Shown: positions 1 to 12,369 of the stretch, piece by piece
Layout of the letters: the number at the start of each line of letters is the position of its first letter
Numbering within the stretch: position 1 is the first letter of the stretch
From: Octopus vulgaris
Lineage: Eukaryota
Direction: 5' to 3'
Assembly: GCA_951406725.2 (NCBI GenBank)
Contig: OX597836.1
Coordinates: 38,998,001-39,062,000, forward strand
Length of the DNA stretch: 64,000 nucleotides
Notes under the pieces: model-generated
Seen by the model: the letters and a program-made list of their open reading frames with translations, nothing else
What the model was told of the DNA's origin: nothing
Database searches by the model: none
Program-made: the position numbers and the translations under genes

Positions 1-325
1 CATTTTTAGCCTTACTATGCAAAGATGTAACTGCAGTTAAACTACAATACATGTTTTACTAGTTGCGTGCAGGGACAGTAGACGCCAATGACCAGATTCA
101 GGGTGCAACTCTTTTGCTGTTTAAAACAGGGTTCGTTAACTCGCGAAGGGACTTATTTTCGTGGCCATTTATAGAGTAGACAAATTAGGATACAATACTA
201 GTCGTGCTAATTTAAGAATCTCTGTATACCACTTTCATTAATTAATGAATGTTGCAAACACTGATATTCGTTTGGATTATATATACACAGACACGCGCAT
301 ACAAAATACATACATACATACATAG

Positions 326-623
326 AGGTTTATACCTGTAATTAATAGGGCACTGGGATATGTAACAGACTGTCTAAATACTAATCTTGAGAATTAGGCT
401 TCTCAGAACCAGAAAAGAGAAAGCTGATTCGAAGATTACAGATCCAAGCCATCACTGGAACTGTAAATATCTGTAAAACTTTCCAGACGTTTGTCATTTA
501 AATATATATATGAGCATGTCTAGATATGCCACTATAAGCATGGGAATACACACATAAAACAAAATATACAAATCTGTACATATATATATGGTTGGTTGGT
601 TGGCATCCTTTTTGTCTCGGGAG

Positions 624-628
<5 letters not shown>
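326..628 (+). mobile_element. 3' end of an RLE-type (R4/Dong-like) non-LTR retrotransposon: endonuclease C-terminus plus 3' UTR
   Basis: Manual translation with small indels gives RFIPVI-GALGYVTDCLNTNLE..GFSEPEKRKLIRRLQIQAITGTVNICKTFQTFVI*, matching the 'PIIVGALG...LQK.A..GT..I.R' tail of RLE LINEs. It starts right after (CATA)n. The same 3' end recurs at 22236-22402. Confidence 0.7.
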
Positions 629-660
<32 letters not shown>

Positions 661-1740
661 ACAAAGAGAGGAAAAAAGAGCAGTTAAAGCCAAACTCCAA
701 CGTGTTGAATGACCTTTGATTTTAAAATTAAAAAAATATCAAACGGACTTTTCTCCTTGGTACGAAAATGATATACATACATATAAGTGTATTTATGCGT
801 GTATGTATCTATATCTATTTATCTGGCTATCTACACACACACGCCCGCGTGCACACACACACACATGCATATTCACATTGAAATATTGTACGATCGACAT
901 AAATTGTGTACAAGTTAATCAGTCATTTAAAGATATTGTCCGATATAGAACTCGAAATGAATTACAGAGCACCATTAATGTTTGCAAGGGGGGGGGGGGG
1001 TCGTAGTTAAATTTCTGGCATTTTACAAGGAAGCTACAGTCTGTTGGGAAAGAGAGATCTACATAGTCCTTAGAGACAATTATAGCTTTCAGACTTGAAA
1101 TATATGCATGGATCCGTGTGGTCTTGTATGCGCCAGTATCTGTGCTCGTGTAGTGTGTGTATGTGTGTTTAAGAGACAGAGAGGGAGAGAGAGGGGGGAG
1201 AGAGAGAAGATAGTGAAAGAGACAGGCAGAGACAGAGAAAGTAGGAGAGTGGGAGTCTCTGAAAGTGCGTATATGAAGATGCGGCAGACTGGAAAGATTT
1301 GAATGAAGAATACTTCGAGAATAGCAGGAAAAAAAAATATTGCTATAAGTCTGTTTGGAAAGGAAATGCTTCGCACAAAGAAAGAAAGAAAGAAAGAAAA
1401 AAATACTAAAGAAAAATGTTGTGGGACAGAGTATAAAATTTGTCTATTTGTGTCTTAGAATAATATTTAGCAATTTACAACTAAAAATAGATAGGTGTAG
1501 AGAAACTACGTTGAAAAATTATTCCTATAGTGAACCAATGAAGCATAAGTGTAACTACATACATTTATATATGTTTGTGTTCGCGCGAATGTGTATTTGT
1601 GTATCAATATATATATATATATATTCATACATGTAAGTATGTTTGTATTATAAGGGTAGCCACCTCCATATATAGATAGAGAAAACTATGTGCAAAATTA
1701 GAATGACAAAGGAATAAATAAAAATGTTTTGAATTTCACT

Positions 1741-1822
1741 AACTTACAGCTATTTCTGCTCTAAGATGAAATGCACTAATAGCTGAGTGCTTGAGTATCA
1801 CTCATTAGCTTCATCAGAGCTT
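1741..1822 (-). ncRNA. Degenerate type-I hammerhead ribozyme motif
   Basis: Minus strand reads aagct-CTGATGA-agcta...agagca-GAAA-tagctg-TA-agtt. The core boxes are intact, stem III is near-palindromic (A-tagctg-T) and stem II is weak. It lies next to a (TA)n tract. Confidence 0.45.
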
Positions 1823-1835
1823 CAAAGCTGAAGTG

Positions 1836-1923
<88 letters not shown>

Positions 1924-2040
1924 CAATGACATTATATCATATAAAGTTTTTTTAAACAATATTAATATCGTTCAGTTAATCTCTGTACAAATCCATCATT
2001 TTTTGCTAAAATGTCTTATTGACGAGTTTCGTTTTTTTTC

Positions 2041-2126
2041 ACTTTCCTGAAGAGAAGATTGCATTGTTTATACCATTTATTCTTTTGAATAGTATCAGTG
2101 AAATTTTCGAAACATGTGTCGAAAGT
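2041..2126 (+). ncRNA. Type-I hammerhead ribozyme motif in a ~400-bp element (1921-2325) flanked by (TA)n
   Basis: actttc-CTGAAGA-gaagatt...aattttc-GAAA-catgtg-TC-gaaagt: perfect 6-bp stem I, G-C closed stem II with a large loop, short near-palindromic stem III, GUC cleavage triplet. Confidence 0.75.
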
Positions 2127-2370
2127 AAAATATTTGATTTACATCTGCGTTAAACTCCATTTATTTATTCATATATTATACAAAAAGATCCACGTAAACA
2201 CGAAGTTTCTACCTTTATAAACAAGGAGTTACAACCTCTTTACTTGTGAGATTTTTGCTACCCTGGCAGCTATTTATTTATTTTTCCGTGTTAATTGTTA
2301 ACAAGGTAAAAATACACTCATCTATCTATATATATATATATATATATACAGGGTACAGGTATATATATAC

Positions 2371-2429
<59 letters not shown>

Positions 2430-2432
<3 letters not shown>

Positions 2433-2922
2433 GTGAATAAACTATCATCTAAATAGCGTAAAAATGAAAATAACGCTCACATCTCATATTAACAGATATA
2501 TTTACCAAAATTAACTAAGTATATCTTGAAATACTAAAGAGTAAATTTATTCAATAAAATCGCCATTGATTTCAATCACAGCCTCCAGACGACTTCGGAA
2601 TCTTCTGGAACTCTTCTGGGCGATCTTCTTGTTTAGGTTGGTGAATGCTGCCATAATCCTTGCCTTCATTTCATCTTTGATATTACAAGGAGTTTTGCTG
2701 GCCTCTCGCTCAACTGCGCACCACACATAATAATCAAGGGGTTTGCAGGCTAGAGAGTTATGTGGCTAGATGTTAGGGATAAGTTCGCAGAAATTGTCTG
2801 ACGACCATGACTGGGTTATCCTGTATGTGTGGCATGTGGCAGAGTCTTGTTGCTAGACACAGGGTCTTCCAGCAGCCACTCTCTTCACGAAAGGCAGCAC
2901 TACCTCCTCCAGGCACTTGATG
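2430..2922 (-). pseudogene. Tc1/mariner superfamily (maT/DD37D-like) transposase C-terminal remnant with terminal end
   Basis: Minus translation IKCLEEVVLPFVKRVAAGRPCV*QQDSATCH...I*PHNSLACKPLDYYVWCAVERE...FRSRLEAVIEINGDFIE* (stop at 2547-2549). There are 36 residues between the QQD and PLD aspartates and two in-frame stops. The end is TA|CAGGTG in a (TA)n tract. Confidence 0.85.
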
Positions 2923-2948
2923 TCAAATGACTGAAACAAGTAAAAGAG

Positions 2949-2978
<30 letters not shown>

Positions 2979-2979
<1 letters not shown>

Positions 2980-3367
2980 CTCTCTCTATATAAACGGCAG
3001 TTTGTCTGTGCGTGTTTCTGTGTGTCTGTTTGCTTGTACCCTCACCCTGACCACGGCTTTCAACCGATTCTGATGAAACTTGACACACACATAGCCCAAT
3101 GTCATAATTCAAAACTAACGCAGCGAAAATTTTGAAAAGTTCTCCCAGTTCTGAAAAAAATCGATAAATTCGACATGGGGTCGAGAATCAGAAACACAAA
3201 CAACACACCGTCTAGGGGGCGCAACTCCACCTTTTTTAACTCTCAAAAAAAAAAATTTACCATCATTTTTTTTTCCATTTTTTTGCTATTTTTTGGCTAT
3301 AACTCTCTAAAAATGCTTTATAGTTATTTCCCTTACAAACCTGAGCAACGCCGGGCGATACTGCTAG
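2979..3367 (+). mobile_element. Non-autonomous Helitron (copy 1)
   Basis: 5' TC (TCTCTCTCTATATAAA), 3' CTAG preceded by hairpin cctgagcaacgccggg, sits between A and T, no TSD. A near-identical copy is at 46642-47025. Confidence 0.85.
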
Positions 3368-3582
3368 TATATGCATAAATGCATCAAGAGAGCTGAACAA
3401 AGAGACGTTCTTCTCTGAAGACTTTCTGCTGTTCAGCTATCTTGAGAGTTTCCTACAGCTATACATACATACATATATACATACATACATACATACATAC
3501 ATACATACACATACATACATACATGCACACACATACATACATACATATACATATACGTATACACACACATTATTTATATTGT

Positions 3583-3807
3583 TTTATTCTTTTACTTGTT
3601 TAAGTCATTTGACTGCGGCCATGCTGGAGCACCGCTTTTAGTCGAGCAAATCGACCCCAGGACTTATTCTTTGTAAGCGTAGTACTTATTCTATCCGTAA
3701 CTTTTTCTGAACCGCTAAGTTACGGGGACGTAAACACACTAGCATCGGTTATCAAACGATGGTGGGAGGACAAACACAGACATAAAAACACACAAGTCTA
3801 TGTGTGT

Positions 3808-3860
<53 letters not shown>

Positions 3861-4021
3861 ATTGCTTCGGGCGATAGATTAGAATTGGGACCCCCGATTC
3901 TTGGGATCCCCGGGAAAAACAATACATTAGGTCTGATTGTTTTTATTTATTGGCAACATAGACCAGAATCGGGACTCAAAACTAGGACCCTGTGTAATCA
4001 CCCAAAACATGCACGCACACA

Positions 4022-4063
<42 letters not shown>

Positions 4064-4078
4064 TATACATACATACAC

Positions 4079-4132
<54 letters not shown>

Positions 4133-4325
4133 CACGATGGGCTTCTCTCAGTTTCCGTCTACGAAATTCACTAATCCACTGACAAGGTTTTGGTCGGCCC
4201 GAGATAATAGTAGAAGACACTACCCCAAGGTTCCACGCAGTGGGACTGAGCCAGGAACCATGTGGTTGGCAAGCAAGCTACTAACCACACGGCCACGCGT
4301 GTGTCTATGCCACTCCTACGCCTAT
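3583..4325 (-). mobile_element. SINE family B (tRNA head, CORE-like segment, internal TA/TG microsatellite, GTAAAAGA tail), interrupted by a ~130-bp insert
   Basis: Head GGCGTAGGAGTGGC..GTGTGGT..GGTTC(A)GTCCCACTGCGTGG(C)ACCTTGGG. Tail ggcggtgctccagcatggccgcagtcaaatgact(g)aaacaagtaaaaga. More than 15 copies in the window. Confidence 0.8.
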
Positions 4326-4546
4326 ACACACACACGGATACATACATACATACATACATACCTACTTGTGTATGCGTATATGTTTACTTAACTGCATCAC
4401 AATCGAAATATTTTATCAAAACTGAAAAACATCTTTTCATTCCAGCAATTGAACTGGAAACAAACTTAATGTTTCTTCTCTTCGTTTCGTGAATGTTTGT
4501 ATACACCATTAATGTTTCTGATGCTGCTCTCCTTGTTGTTGTTGTT

Positions 4547-4587
<41 letters not shown>

Positions 4588-4763
4588 CGCTCTCGTCGTC
4601 GTCGTAGTCGTTATTGTTGTCATGGTTGTAATAATATACTGCCATTGTTTATTAGCAAAAGTGTTTAACAAGAACACAAGAATTCATATGGGAGAGTTAA
4701 TAGGAATGTGAGAGAGAGAGCAATGAACACATCACTTCGAAACGCACACAATACACTCAGACA

Positions 4764-4817
<54 letters not shown>

Positions 4818-5091
4818 TTACACAGTGCACTTAGACCATACGCACCCACATACGCTCGTTTATTGGTATACATACATACTCATACATAAGTATATATGTA
4901 TGTATAAAGTAAGAGAGTGTGTGTATGATTTCTCGTCCCATTAAATTTTCGCCTTACTGTAAATCAGGGTACACACACACACATATATATATATATATTT
5001 ACATATATATATATTACGTATGCGAGCGTGTATGTGTGTGTATGAATATATATACATATATATATATACATATATGCATATATATATATAT

Positions 5092-5225
<134 letters not shown>

Positions 5226-5274
5226 TATTGGTAACAAGCCACTGTATACATAGACCAGAATCGAGACCCTAGAC

Positions 5275-5454
5275 CAGTGGCTCCCAACCTTTCCCTATCA
5301 AGGACCCCTTTTATTTAAATGAGTTTTCCCACAGATCCCTTTTAATATGCGTTTCCTTTATCTGTATATACAAAATTTTGAATTTACTTGACGGACCCCA
5401 GTACTACCTTTGCGAACCACCAAGGTTCCGAGGACCATAGGTTGAGAACCACTG
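5275..5454. mobile_element. hAT (Charlie/Buster-type) MITE
   Basis: TIRs CAGTGGCTCCCAACCT / AGGTTGAGAACCACTG; 8-bp TSD CCCTAGAC (5267-5274) / CCCTAGAT (5455-5462). Confidence 0.85.
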
Positions 5455-5545
5455 CCCTAGATCTCTAAGGGCCCTGGGCAATCACTCACTGGCACTGGGT
5501 CTGATTGTATTAATCTATTAACAACAAGCCACAGCCTGCATAGTT

Positions 5546-5657
5546 TAGAATTTGGACCCCCGATTCTTGGGGTCCTCAGGAAAAACAATACATTAGGCCT
5601 GATTGTCCTTATTTATTGGCAACATAGACCAGAATCGGGATCCAAAACTAGGACCCA
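5546..5657 (+). repeat. ~112-bp dispersed repeat, second copy at ~3879-3990
   Basis: ttagaatt(t/g)ggacccccgattcttggg...gaaaaacaatacattagg..tgattg...caacatagaccagaatcggga..caaaactaggaccc is present at both sites. Confidence 0.75.
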
Positions 5658-6208
5658 ATGTGTACATGTTTGAAGACGGCACTAACTGTACAGTACTACG
5701 GTACTTGTATACTCGTGTTTGGTAGACTATTACGCATCGATAATAATGATTTAAAATGAGATATTTTGAGAAGTAAACAGTTGGATCTGAAGAACTAGTA
5801 TTGATCTACGTCGGTAAATAAAGAGTGTAAACTGTTCCATAGTTGAAGTCTATGTTAGAATTAATGAATAGAAACTGTTTGAAAATAGTAAACTGAATTT
5901 ACATAGAGTGAGTGTAAACAGTTGAAAAGTTGTGGTCAACGTCTTTAAACAATGTGTAAAATCTGCTCAAATGTTGTGCTCTACGTCAGGAAATAGGGAA
6001 CATGAACCCGTTCAAATTTGTGGTCTACGTCAAGAAAGAGAGTTTTAAGTGTTGAAATATAGAATACTTTGGTTTTAAATGAGGGAGACAAAATCTTACG
6101 TTACATGGAAGGACGATACCATAGCAGGATTTGGGTGAGTGGTTCGAAATGATGAAACTTTGATTTGATTATCTTCAAACATACATAAATACATATATAG
6201 ATATGCGA

Positions 6209-6284
<76 letters not shown>

Positions 6285-7439
6285 ATTCGAGGGCTTCACT
6301 TTTTTTTACGAATTGATTTCTTAATTTCACCGGGGTTTAAATACCTAAGATGGTGATACTTAAAAATAAAATTAACTCACTTCAATTAAAAGGCATGGGT
6401 AAGCAACGCATTGTAAGTCACACTATAATTTGCGAAAAAATTTTATCTGCGCGAAGGGTATGCATCGCCCCTCCGATGCCTTGTTTTATCATTTATTTTT
6501 GTTTGAATCTCTTCCTAAATGTTAATTTACTTTGAGACTTTCTCAAGAGTGACAGTTTCTCTCAAGACTATGGCAGAAATGAGGAATTTCATTAAATTAC
6601 TGGATTCAAAATTTCAGCACGAGGCCAACGATCCCGGGGGAAGGGCAAAGTCGATTGCATTAACCCTAGTGCTCAGGTAGTAATTATTTTATCAGCTGTG
6701 AAAAGATAAAATGCAAAGTCTACCTTGATGGGATTTTGAACTCAGAACGTAAAGACGAACGAAATACCGCTAAGCATTTTGCCCGGCGTGCTAATAAGTC
6801 TGCCAGCTCGCCGTTTTATGTTAAATGGATTATTGGCCTTGCTTATTGCCTGGTCAATCCTGACCAACTAATCATCAAAAGCGTCCCAGTTGTGACTACT
6901 GCATCTTTTTGTATACCAGGCACTATATTCTGCAATATATACTTCTTCATTTATTTATTTAAATGGTAGTGTGTTTTACTTTTATCTTTTTTTTTTTGCT
7001 ATGCTATTTGTAACAAGTCGAACGACCATGTACGTAGAAGTATCTTCGTTGGTTTAACAGATTTTACATTCGTTAGAACAATGGTTGAAAGACTTCGTTT
7101 TTCAAAGTCAATCGATTTAAGTGTATGTGTTTTGTTTAATCATCAAAAGAATAACAAATACTTGTGAAGTTACTGTTTTCTAGCGGTAAACAAACAACAA
7201 AAGATAATTCTAGAGACAAACTACTATGAAGTCTTCTGCACAGGCGTGGATTTGTGTGGTAAGAATTTCGCTTCCCAACCACATGTTTCGTGGGTTCAAT
7301 CCTACTGCGTTGCAAATTGGGCCAGTGCCTTATACTATTGCCCTGGACTGATCAAAGCCTTGTGAATGGATTTAGCAGACGGAATAAAATAAGCGTAGTT
7401 TTTCCTAGCAAACCTGTCACATGATATCTCTCAGCTTCT

Positions 7440-7840
7440 CTTTTACTTACTTCAGTCATTGAACTGCGGCCATGTTTGTGCACCGTTTTGAAGGATTTAG
7501 TCAAACAATTCAACCGCAAAAATTATTTTTCTAAGTCAGTTATTTATGGTATTTTTTATCCGAACCGCTAAGTTTCAAGAGCATAAGCGAATCAACACAG
7601 GATGTCAAGTGGTAGGGGAACAAACAGAAATGTATATATTTTTCATACATACATACATACATACATAAACATATATACGACAGGCTTCCACTCAGCTTCC
7701 AGCCAACAAATTTAATCACAAGGCATTGCTTGGCCCGGGGCTATAGAAGATATTTACCCGAGGTGCCGCGCATTAGAACTGAACCCGAAGACATGTGGTT
7801 GCAAATCGAACTTCATAACCATATATTCATGCCTGCGCCT
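7440..7840 (-). mobile_element. SINE family B, diverged copy
   Basis: Tail ttttacttacttcagtcattgaactgcggccatg and head ...gaacccgaagacatgtggttgc...gcctgcgcc align to the family B consensus. Confidence 0.7.
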
Positions 7841-7978
7841 ACTCTTATATAAATTAAATAATTTTAGTTGAGTCATTGATTGGTTGACATAATTCATTCG
7901 CAATATCGTATCTATATGCCAACCCAAAACAAATGATTGAATTTACAATATAAAGACTAATCATAATTAACAGAGGAG

Positions 7979-8186
7979 AAGGCGGCGAGCCGGCAGAAAC
8001 GTTTGCACGCCGGGCGAAATGCGTTCTGAGTTTAAATTCCGCCGAGGTCGAGTTTGCTTTTCATCATTTCAGGGTCGATAAATTAAGTACCAGTTGCGCA
8101 CTGTGGTCGATGTAATCGACTTAATCCGTTTGTCTGTCCTTGTTTGTCCTCTCTGTTCTTAGCCCCTTGTGGGTAGTAAAGAAATA
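7979..8186 (+). mobile_element. SINE family A (tRNA-derived, Meta-domain-like core), monomer
   Basis: Head GGCGGCGAGC(T)GGCAGAAACGTT, B-box GAGTT(C)AAATTCC, core gtcga.tttgcttttcatc.tttc.gggtcgataaattaagtaccag. TSD CATAATTAACA. Confidence 0.85.
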
Positions 8187-8411
8187 CATAATTAACAAAG
8201 GCGATTAAGCCACATTATAGCTAGAAATATGCTCGCGTGAATGCAAAGGCACAATCTGTGGTCAAACAGCGAAGCTCGTAATGAAAATATTGAATAATGT
8301 TTGTTGATATGTTGACCACATTAAAATTACTCCCTTTATGTGCACATGATCCCATCGTTTAAACAACATGATCGGAGTTATAATGTCTTAATATTGTTTT
8401 AATTACATTTT

Positions 8412-8865
8412 GATAACATCTAGAATAACAAGCCCTGAATAACAACAAGTGGTAAAACAATATCTGGAATAACAACATTTGAATAACTGCACCAGAGTAA
8501 CAACATCAGAAGCATCTTAATAACAGCATCCGAATGACAACATCGGAAATAACAATATCTTGAATAACATCTGAGTAACAATCTATGGAATAACAACATA
8601 TGGAATGACAATTTCTGGAATAATAATAGCTGGAGTAACGACATCTGGAATAGCATTATCTTAACTCTATTTAAGTAATGATATCTGTATAACAAAATGT
8701 TAATAACAATATTTGAACAAATCTTTAATGACATTCTAAAAAAATATTTCAGTAACAACATCTGAACAACAGAATAATATTTTAGTAACATCTTAATAAT
8801 AAACATTTCTTTTAAAATCTCATCCAAATACCAACGTTTAAATAAGAACACTTAAAATAATATAT
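8412..8865. repeat. Degenerate ~14-bp minisatellite (GAATAACAACATCT-like)
   Basis: About 30 imperfect repeats of gaataacaacatct(g/t). ORF 8420..8851 is its translation. Confidence 0.75.
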
Positions 8866-9191
8866 AGAATTCTTCTATGGAAAAAGATATTAAAAAGGTA
8901 TTTAGTTACGGTTTTAAAAAGGAAGGAATTTATTTCAGAAACTTATTACGACATATTTATTTTTAAAATCTTAAAAGGGGATTGCAGGAATTCGATATCG
9001 AAGACGTTATCGTAAACATAAATAGGTTATTTATCGTATACGTCCGTTCTTTAAATGCTTCCATAATTGGATATTTTCGTTTTTTCATATTATTTTTAAT
9101 AAAACCATAGCAAACAACCGAAAGACCGAAGTTTGAAATATATAAAAGCCCTGAATATGAAATATTTTTAGGTAATACAACTATGAAAGGA

Positions 9192-9408
9192 AAGGCAGGG
9201 AACTGGCAGAAACGTTAGCACACCGGTCGAAATGCTTAGCAGCATTTCGTCCGTCTTTACATTCTGAGTTCAAATTCCAACGAGGTTGGCTTTACCTTTC
9301 ATCCTTTCGGAATCGATAAGTTAAGTACCAGTTGCGTACTGGGGTCAGTCTAATTGACAGCCCCCTCTCCCAACATTTCGGGTCTTGTGCCTAGAGTAGA
9401 AAAGAATA
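9192..9408 (+). mobile_element. SINE family A, older subfamily with alternative tail (…ccttgtgcc…)
   Basis: Same head and core as family A, but it ends cccctctcccaacatttcgggtcttgtgcctagagtagaaaag. Other copies of this tail type are at ~6602-6813(-), 11028(-), 37211-37425, 50290-50722(-), 53088-53305 and 59832-60045(-). Confidence 0.75.
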
Positions 9409-9424
9409 CAGCTATGAAAGAAAA

Positions 9425-10577
9425 GGCGGCGAGCTGGCAGAAACGTTAGCACGCCGGGCGAAATGCGTGGCCGTATTTCGTCTGCCGCTACGTTCTGAGT
9501 TCAAATTCCACCGAGGTCGACTTTGCTTTTCATCCTTTCGGGGTCGATAAATTAAGTACCAGTTACACACTGGGGTCGACATAATCGACTTAATCCGTTT
9601 GTCTGTCCTTGTTTGTCCTCTCTGTGTTTAGCCCCTTGTGGGTAGTAAAGAAATAGGTATTTCGTCTGCCGTTACGTTCTGAGTTCAAATTCCGCTGAGG
9701 TCGACTTTGCTTTTCATCCTTTCGGGGTCGATAAATTAAGTACCAGTTACGCACTGGGGTCGACATAATCGACTTAATCCGTTTGTCTGTCCTTGTTTGT
9801 CCTCTCTGTGTTTAGCCCCTTGTGGGTAGTAAAGAAATAGGTATTTCGTCTGCCGTTACGTTCTGAGTTCAAATTCCGCTGAGGTCGACTTTGCTTTTCA
9901 TCCTTTCGGGGTCGATAAATTAAGTACCAGTTACGCACTGGGGTCGACATAATCGACTTAATCCGTTTGTCTGTCCTTGTTTGTCCTCTCTGTGTTTAGC
10001 CCCTTGTGGGTAGTAAAGAAATAGGTATTTCGTCTGCCGTTACGTTCTGAGTTCAAATTCCGCTGAGGTCGACTTTGCTTTTCATCCTTTCGGGGTCGAT
10101 AAATTAAGTACCAGTTACGCACTGGGGTCGACATAATCGACTTAATCCGTTTGTCTGTCCTTGTTTGTCCTCTCTGTGTTTAGCCCCTTGTGGGTAGTAA
10201 AGAAATAGGTATTTCGTCTGCCGTTACGTTCTGAGTTCAAATTCCGCTGAGGTCGACTTTGCTTTTCATCCTTTCGGGGTCGATAAATTAAGTACCAGTT
10301 ACGCACTGGGGTCGACATAATCGACTTAATCCGTTTGTCTGTCCTTGTTTGTCCTCTCTGTGTTTAGCCCCTTGTGGGTAGTAAAGAAATAGGTATTTCG
10401 TCTGCCGTTACGTTCTGAGTTCAAATTCCGCTGAGGTCGACTTTGCTTTTCATCCTTTCGGGGTCGATAAATTAAGTACCAGTTACGCACTGGGGTCGAC
10501 ATAATCGACTTAATCCGTTTGTCTGTCCTTGTTTGTCCTCTCTGTGTTTAGCCCCTTGTGGGTAGTAAAGAAATAGG
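9425..10577 (+). mobile_element. SINE family A concatemer: one head plus 6 tandem 184-bp body units
   Basis: AAATAGG recurs at 9651, 9835, 10019, 10203, 10387 and 10571 (period 184). Units are nearly identical. A single TSD TATGAAAGAAAA flanks the array (9413-9424 / 10578-10589). Confidence 0.92.
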
Positions 10578-11027
10578 TATGAAAGAAAATAATACTAGAA
10601 ACAAGAAGAAGCAGATTGGCAGAATCAATGGGTAACGGCAAAAATAACTTACTCTGCTTTTAGTTGCTTACTTTACACTGTGAGTTCGAATCCTACTGAG
10701 GTTGACTTTGCCCTTGGTTCTTCATCTCTGGGTCGACAAAATAACATTGTCGACCCAATCGACTATGCCGATCCCCCACGTTTGAGATATTTGAGGTATA
10801 AACAGAAACTGAAAGGAGTATGTCTGTGTTTGTTCCACAGCACTGCTTGACAACTGGTACTTTGAGGCGGTGCTCCAGCATGACCTCTGTCTAATTACTG
10901 AAACAAGTAAAAGATAAAAGATAGAAGATTGTGTCCAATGCATCCAAATTCACTGCAGAAAAAGCACATCGGCCAACACTGGGTGTCTAAAGCTTAAGTA
11001 TAATTTGCCAAATGATACATGCAGTTG

Positions 11028-11632
11028 GATTTAAATTTTGGCACAAGGCCAGCAGTATCGGGGGGTAGGGGATAAGTCTATTACATTGACCCCAGTGCTC
11101 AGCTGGTAGTTGTTTTATCGACCCTGAAACGATGAAATATTAAAGTCGACCGCGGCAGAATTTGAACTCAGATCGTAAAAGCGGACGAAATGCCGCTAAA
11201 CATATTGTACGGCGTTCAAACGGTTCTTATTTCTTTACTAGCCACAAGGGGCTAAATACGAGGGGGCAAACAAAGACAGACAAACGGATTAAGTCGATTA
11301 TATCGACCCCAGTGCGTAACTGGTGCTTATTTAATCGATCCCGAAAGGATGAAAGGCAAAGTCGACCTCGGCGGAATTTGAACTCAGAACATAGCGGCAG
11401 ACGAAATACCTATTTCTTTACTACCCGCAAGGGGCTAAACACAGGGAGGACAGACAAAGGGATTAAGTCGATTACATCGACCCAAGTGCGTAACTGGTGC
11501 TTATTTAATCGACCCCGAAAGGATGAAAGGCAAAATCGACCTCGGCGGAAATTGAACTCACAACGTAGCGGCAGACGAAATGCCGCTAAGCATTTTGCAC
11601 GGCGTTCAAACGATTGCGCCAGCTTGCCGCCT
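11028..11632 (-). mobile_element. Composite SINE family A: young-tail dimer nested with an older-tail copy
   Basis: Two cctatttctttacta.cc.caaggggctaaa units joined at gacgaaatacctatttc; cggcgttcaaacg is repeated on both sides. Confidence 0.75.
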
Positions 11633-11779
11633 TGGTTCTGATAAGTATTCATGAAAATAGAATAAAACACGGAGTGTATAATTTATTTACTGAGTGGTTA
11701 ATTGCACAACGAAGATGACAAGATGTGAAACTTTGTTTCTGTTAAAAGATTAAGCAATAAAGTCGACTTTATTTCTTAA

Positions 11780-12002
11780 TCCTTTTGTTACTTTATTTCA
11801 GTTAAAATACACTGCCTTTGTTTCAATGAATTCTTAAAATAATGAGGTAATTAGTAAAACAAATTTATCATTATTAAGCTGGTGTTTGGCGCATAAATTA
11901 ACGCGAAATTTATATTCGAACGCTTTAATTTAGATCTCTTTAAAACAAGGAGTTTGCATCATAAGAACCAGGGTGGTGTCGGGCAGGATGGTATCAAAAG
12001 GT
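11780..12002. mobile_element. piggyBac-like MITE (degenerate)
   Basis: TTAA|TCCTTTTGTTACT ... GGTATCAAAAGGT|TTAT: imperfect TIRs with TTAA-type flanks. Confidence 0.6.
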
Positions 12003-12171
12003 TTATAGCTGTAAATGAGGTGTATATATAAATATCTTAATATGTACCGCAGCAACAGAAGAGAGTAGCTATTTATATAAATGTATTTTATTCAATATAC
12101 ATACGAATTTCTAATTTTAAACATACATACGTTTATACATACATACATACCTACATACATTCATTCATACA

Positions 12172-12207
<36 letters not shown>

Positions 12208-12369
12208 CATACATGCATACATACATACATACATACATACATACATACATACCTACATACATTCATACATACATACATACATACATACATACATACATAC
12301 ATACATGCATACATACATACATACATACAGACATACATACACACACATACACATACATACACACATACA

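Noticed and set aside
5667-6182. Possible MITE bounded by ATGTTTGAAGA/TCTTCAAACAT with internal gtctacgtc repeats
   Set aside because: Only an 11-bp inverted match, no TSD and no second copy in the window.
9474-10577. CRISPR-like array
   Set aside because: The units are contiguous 184-bp SINE bodies with no unique spacers, there are no cas genes, and the context is eukaryotic.
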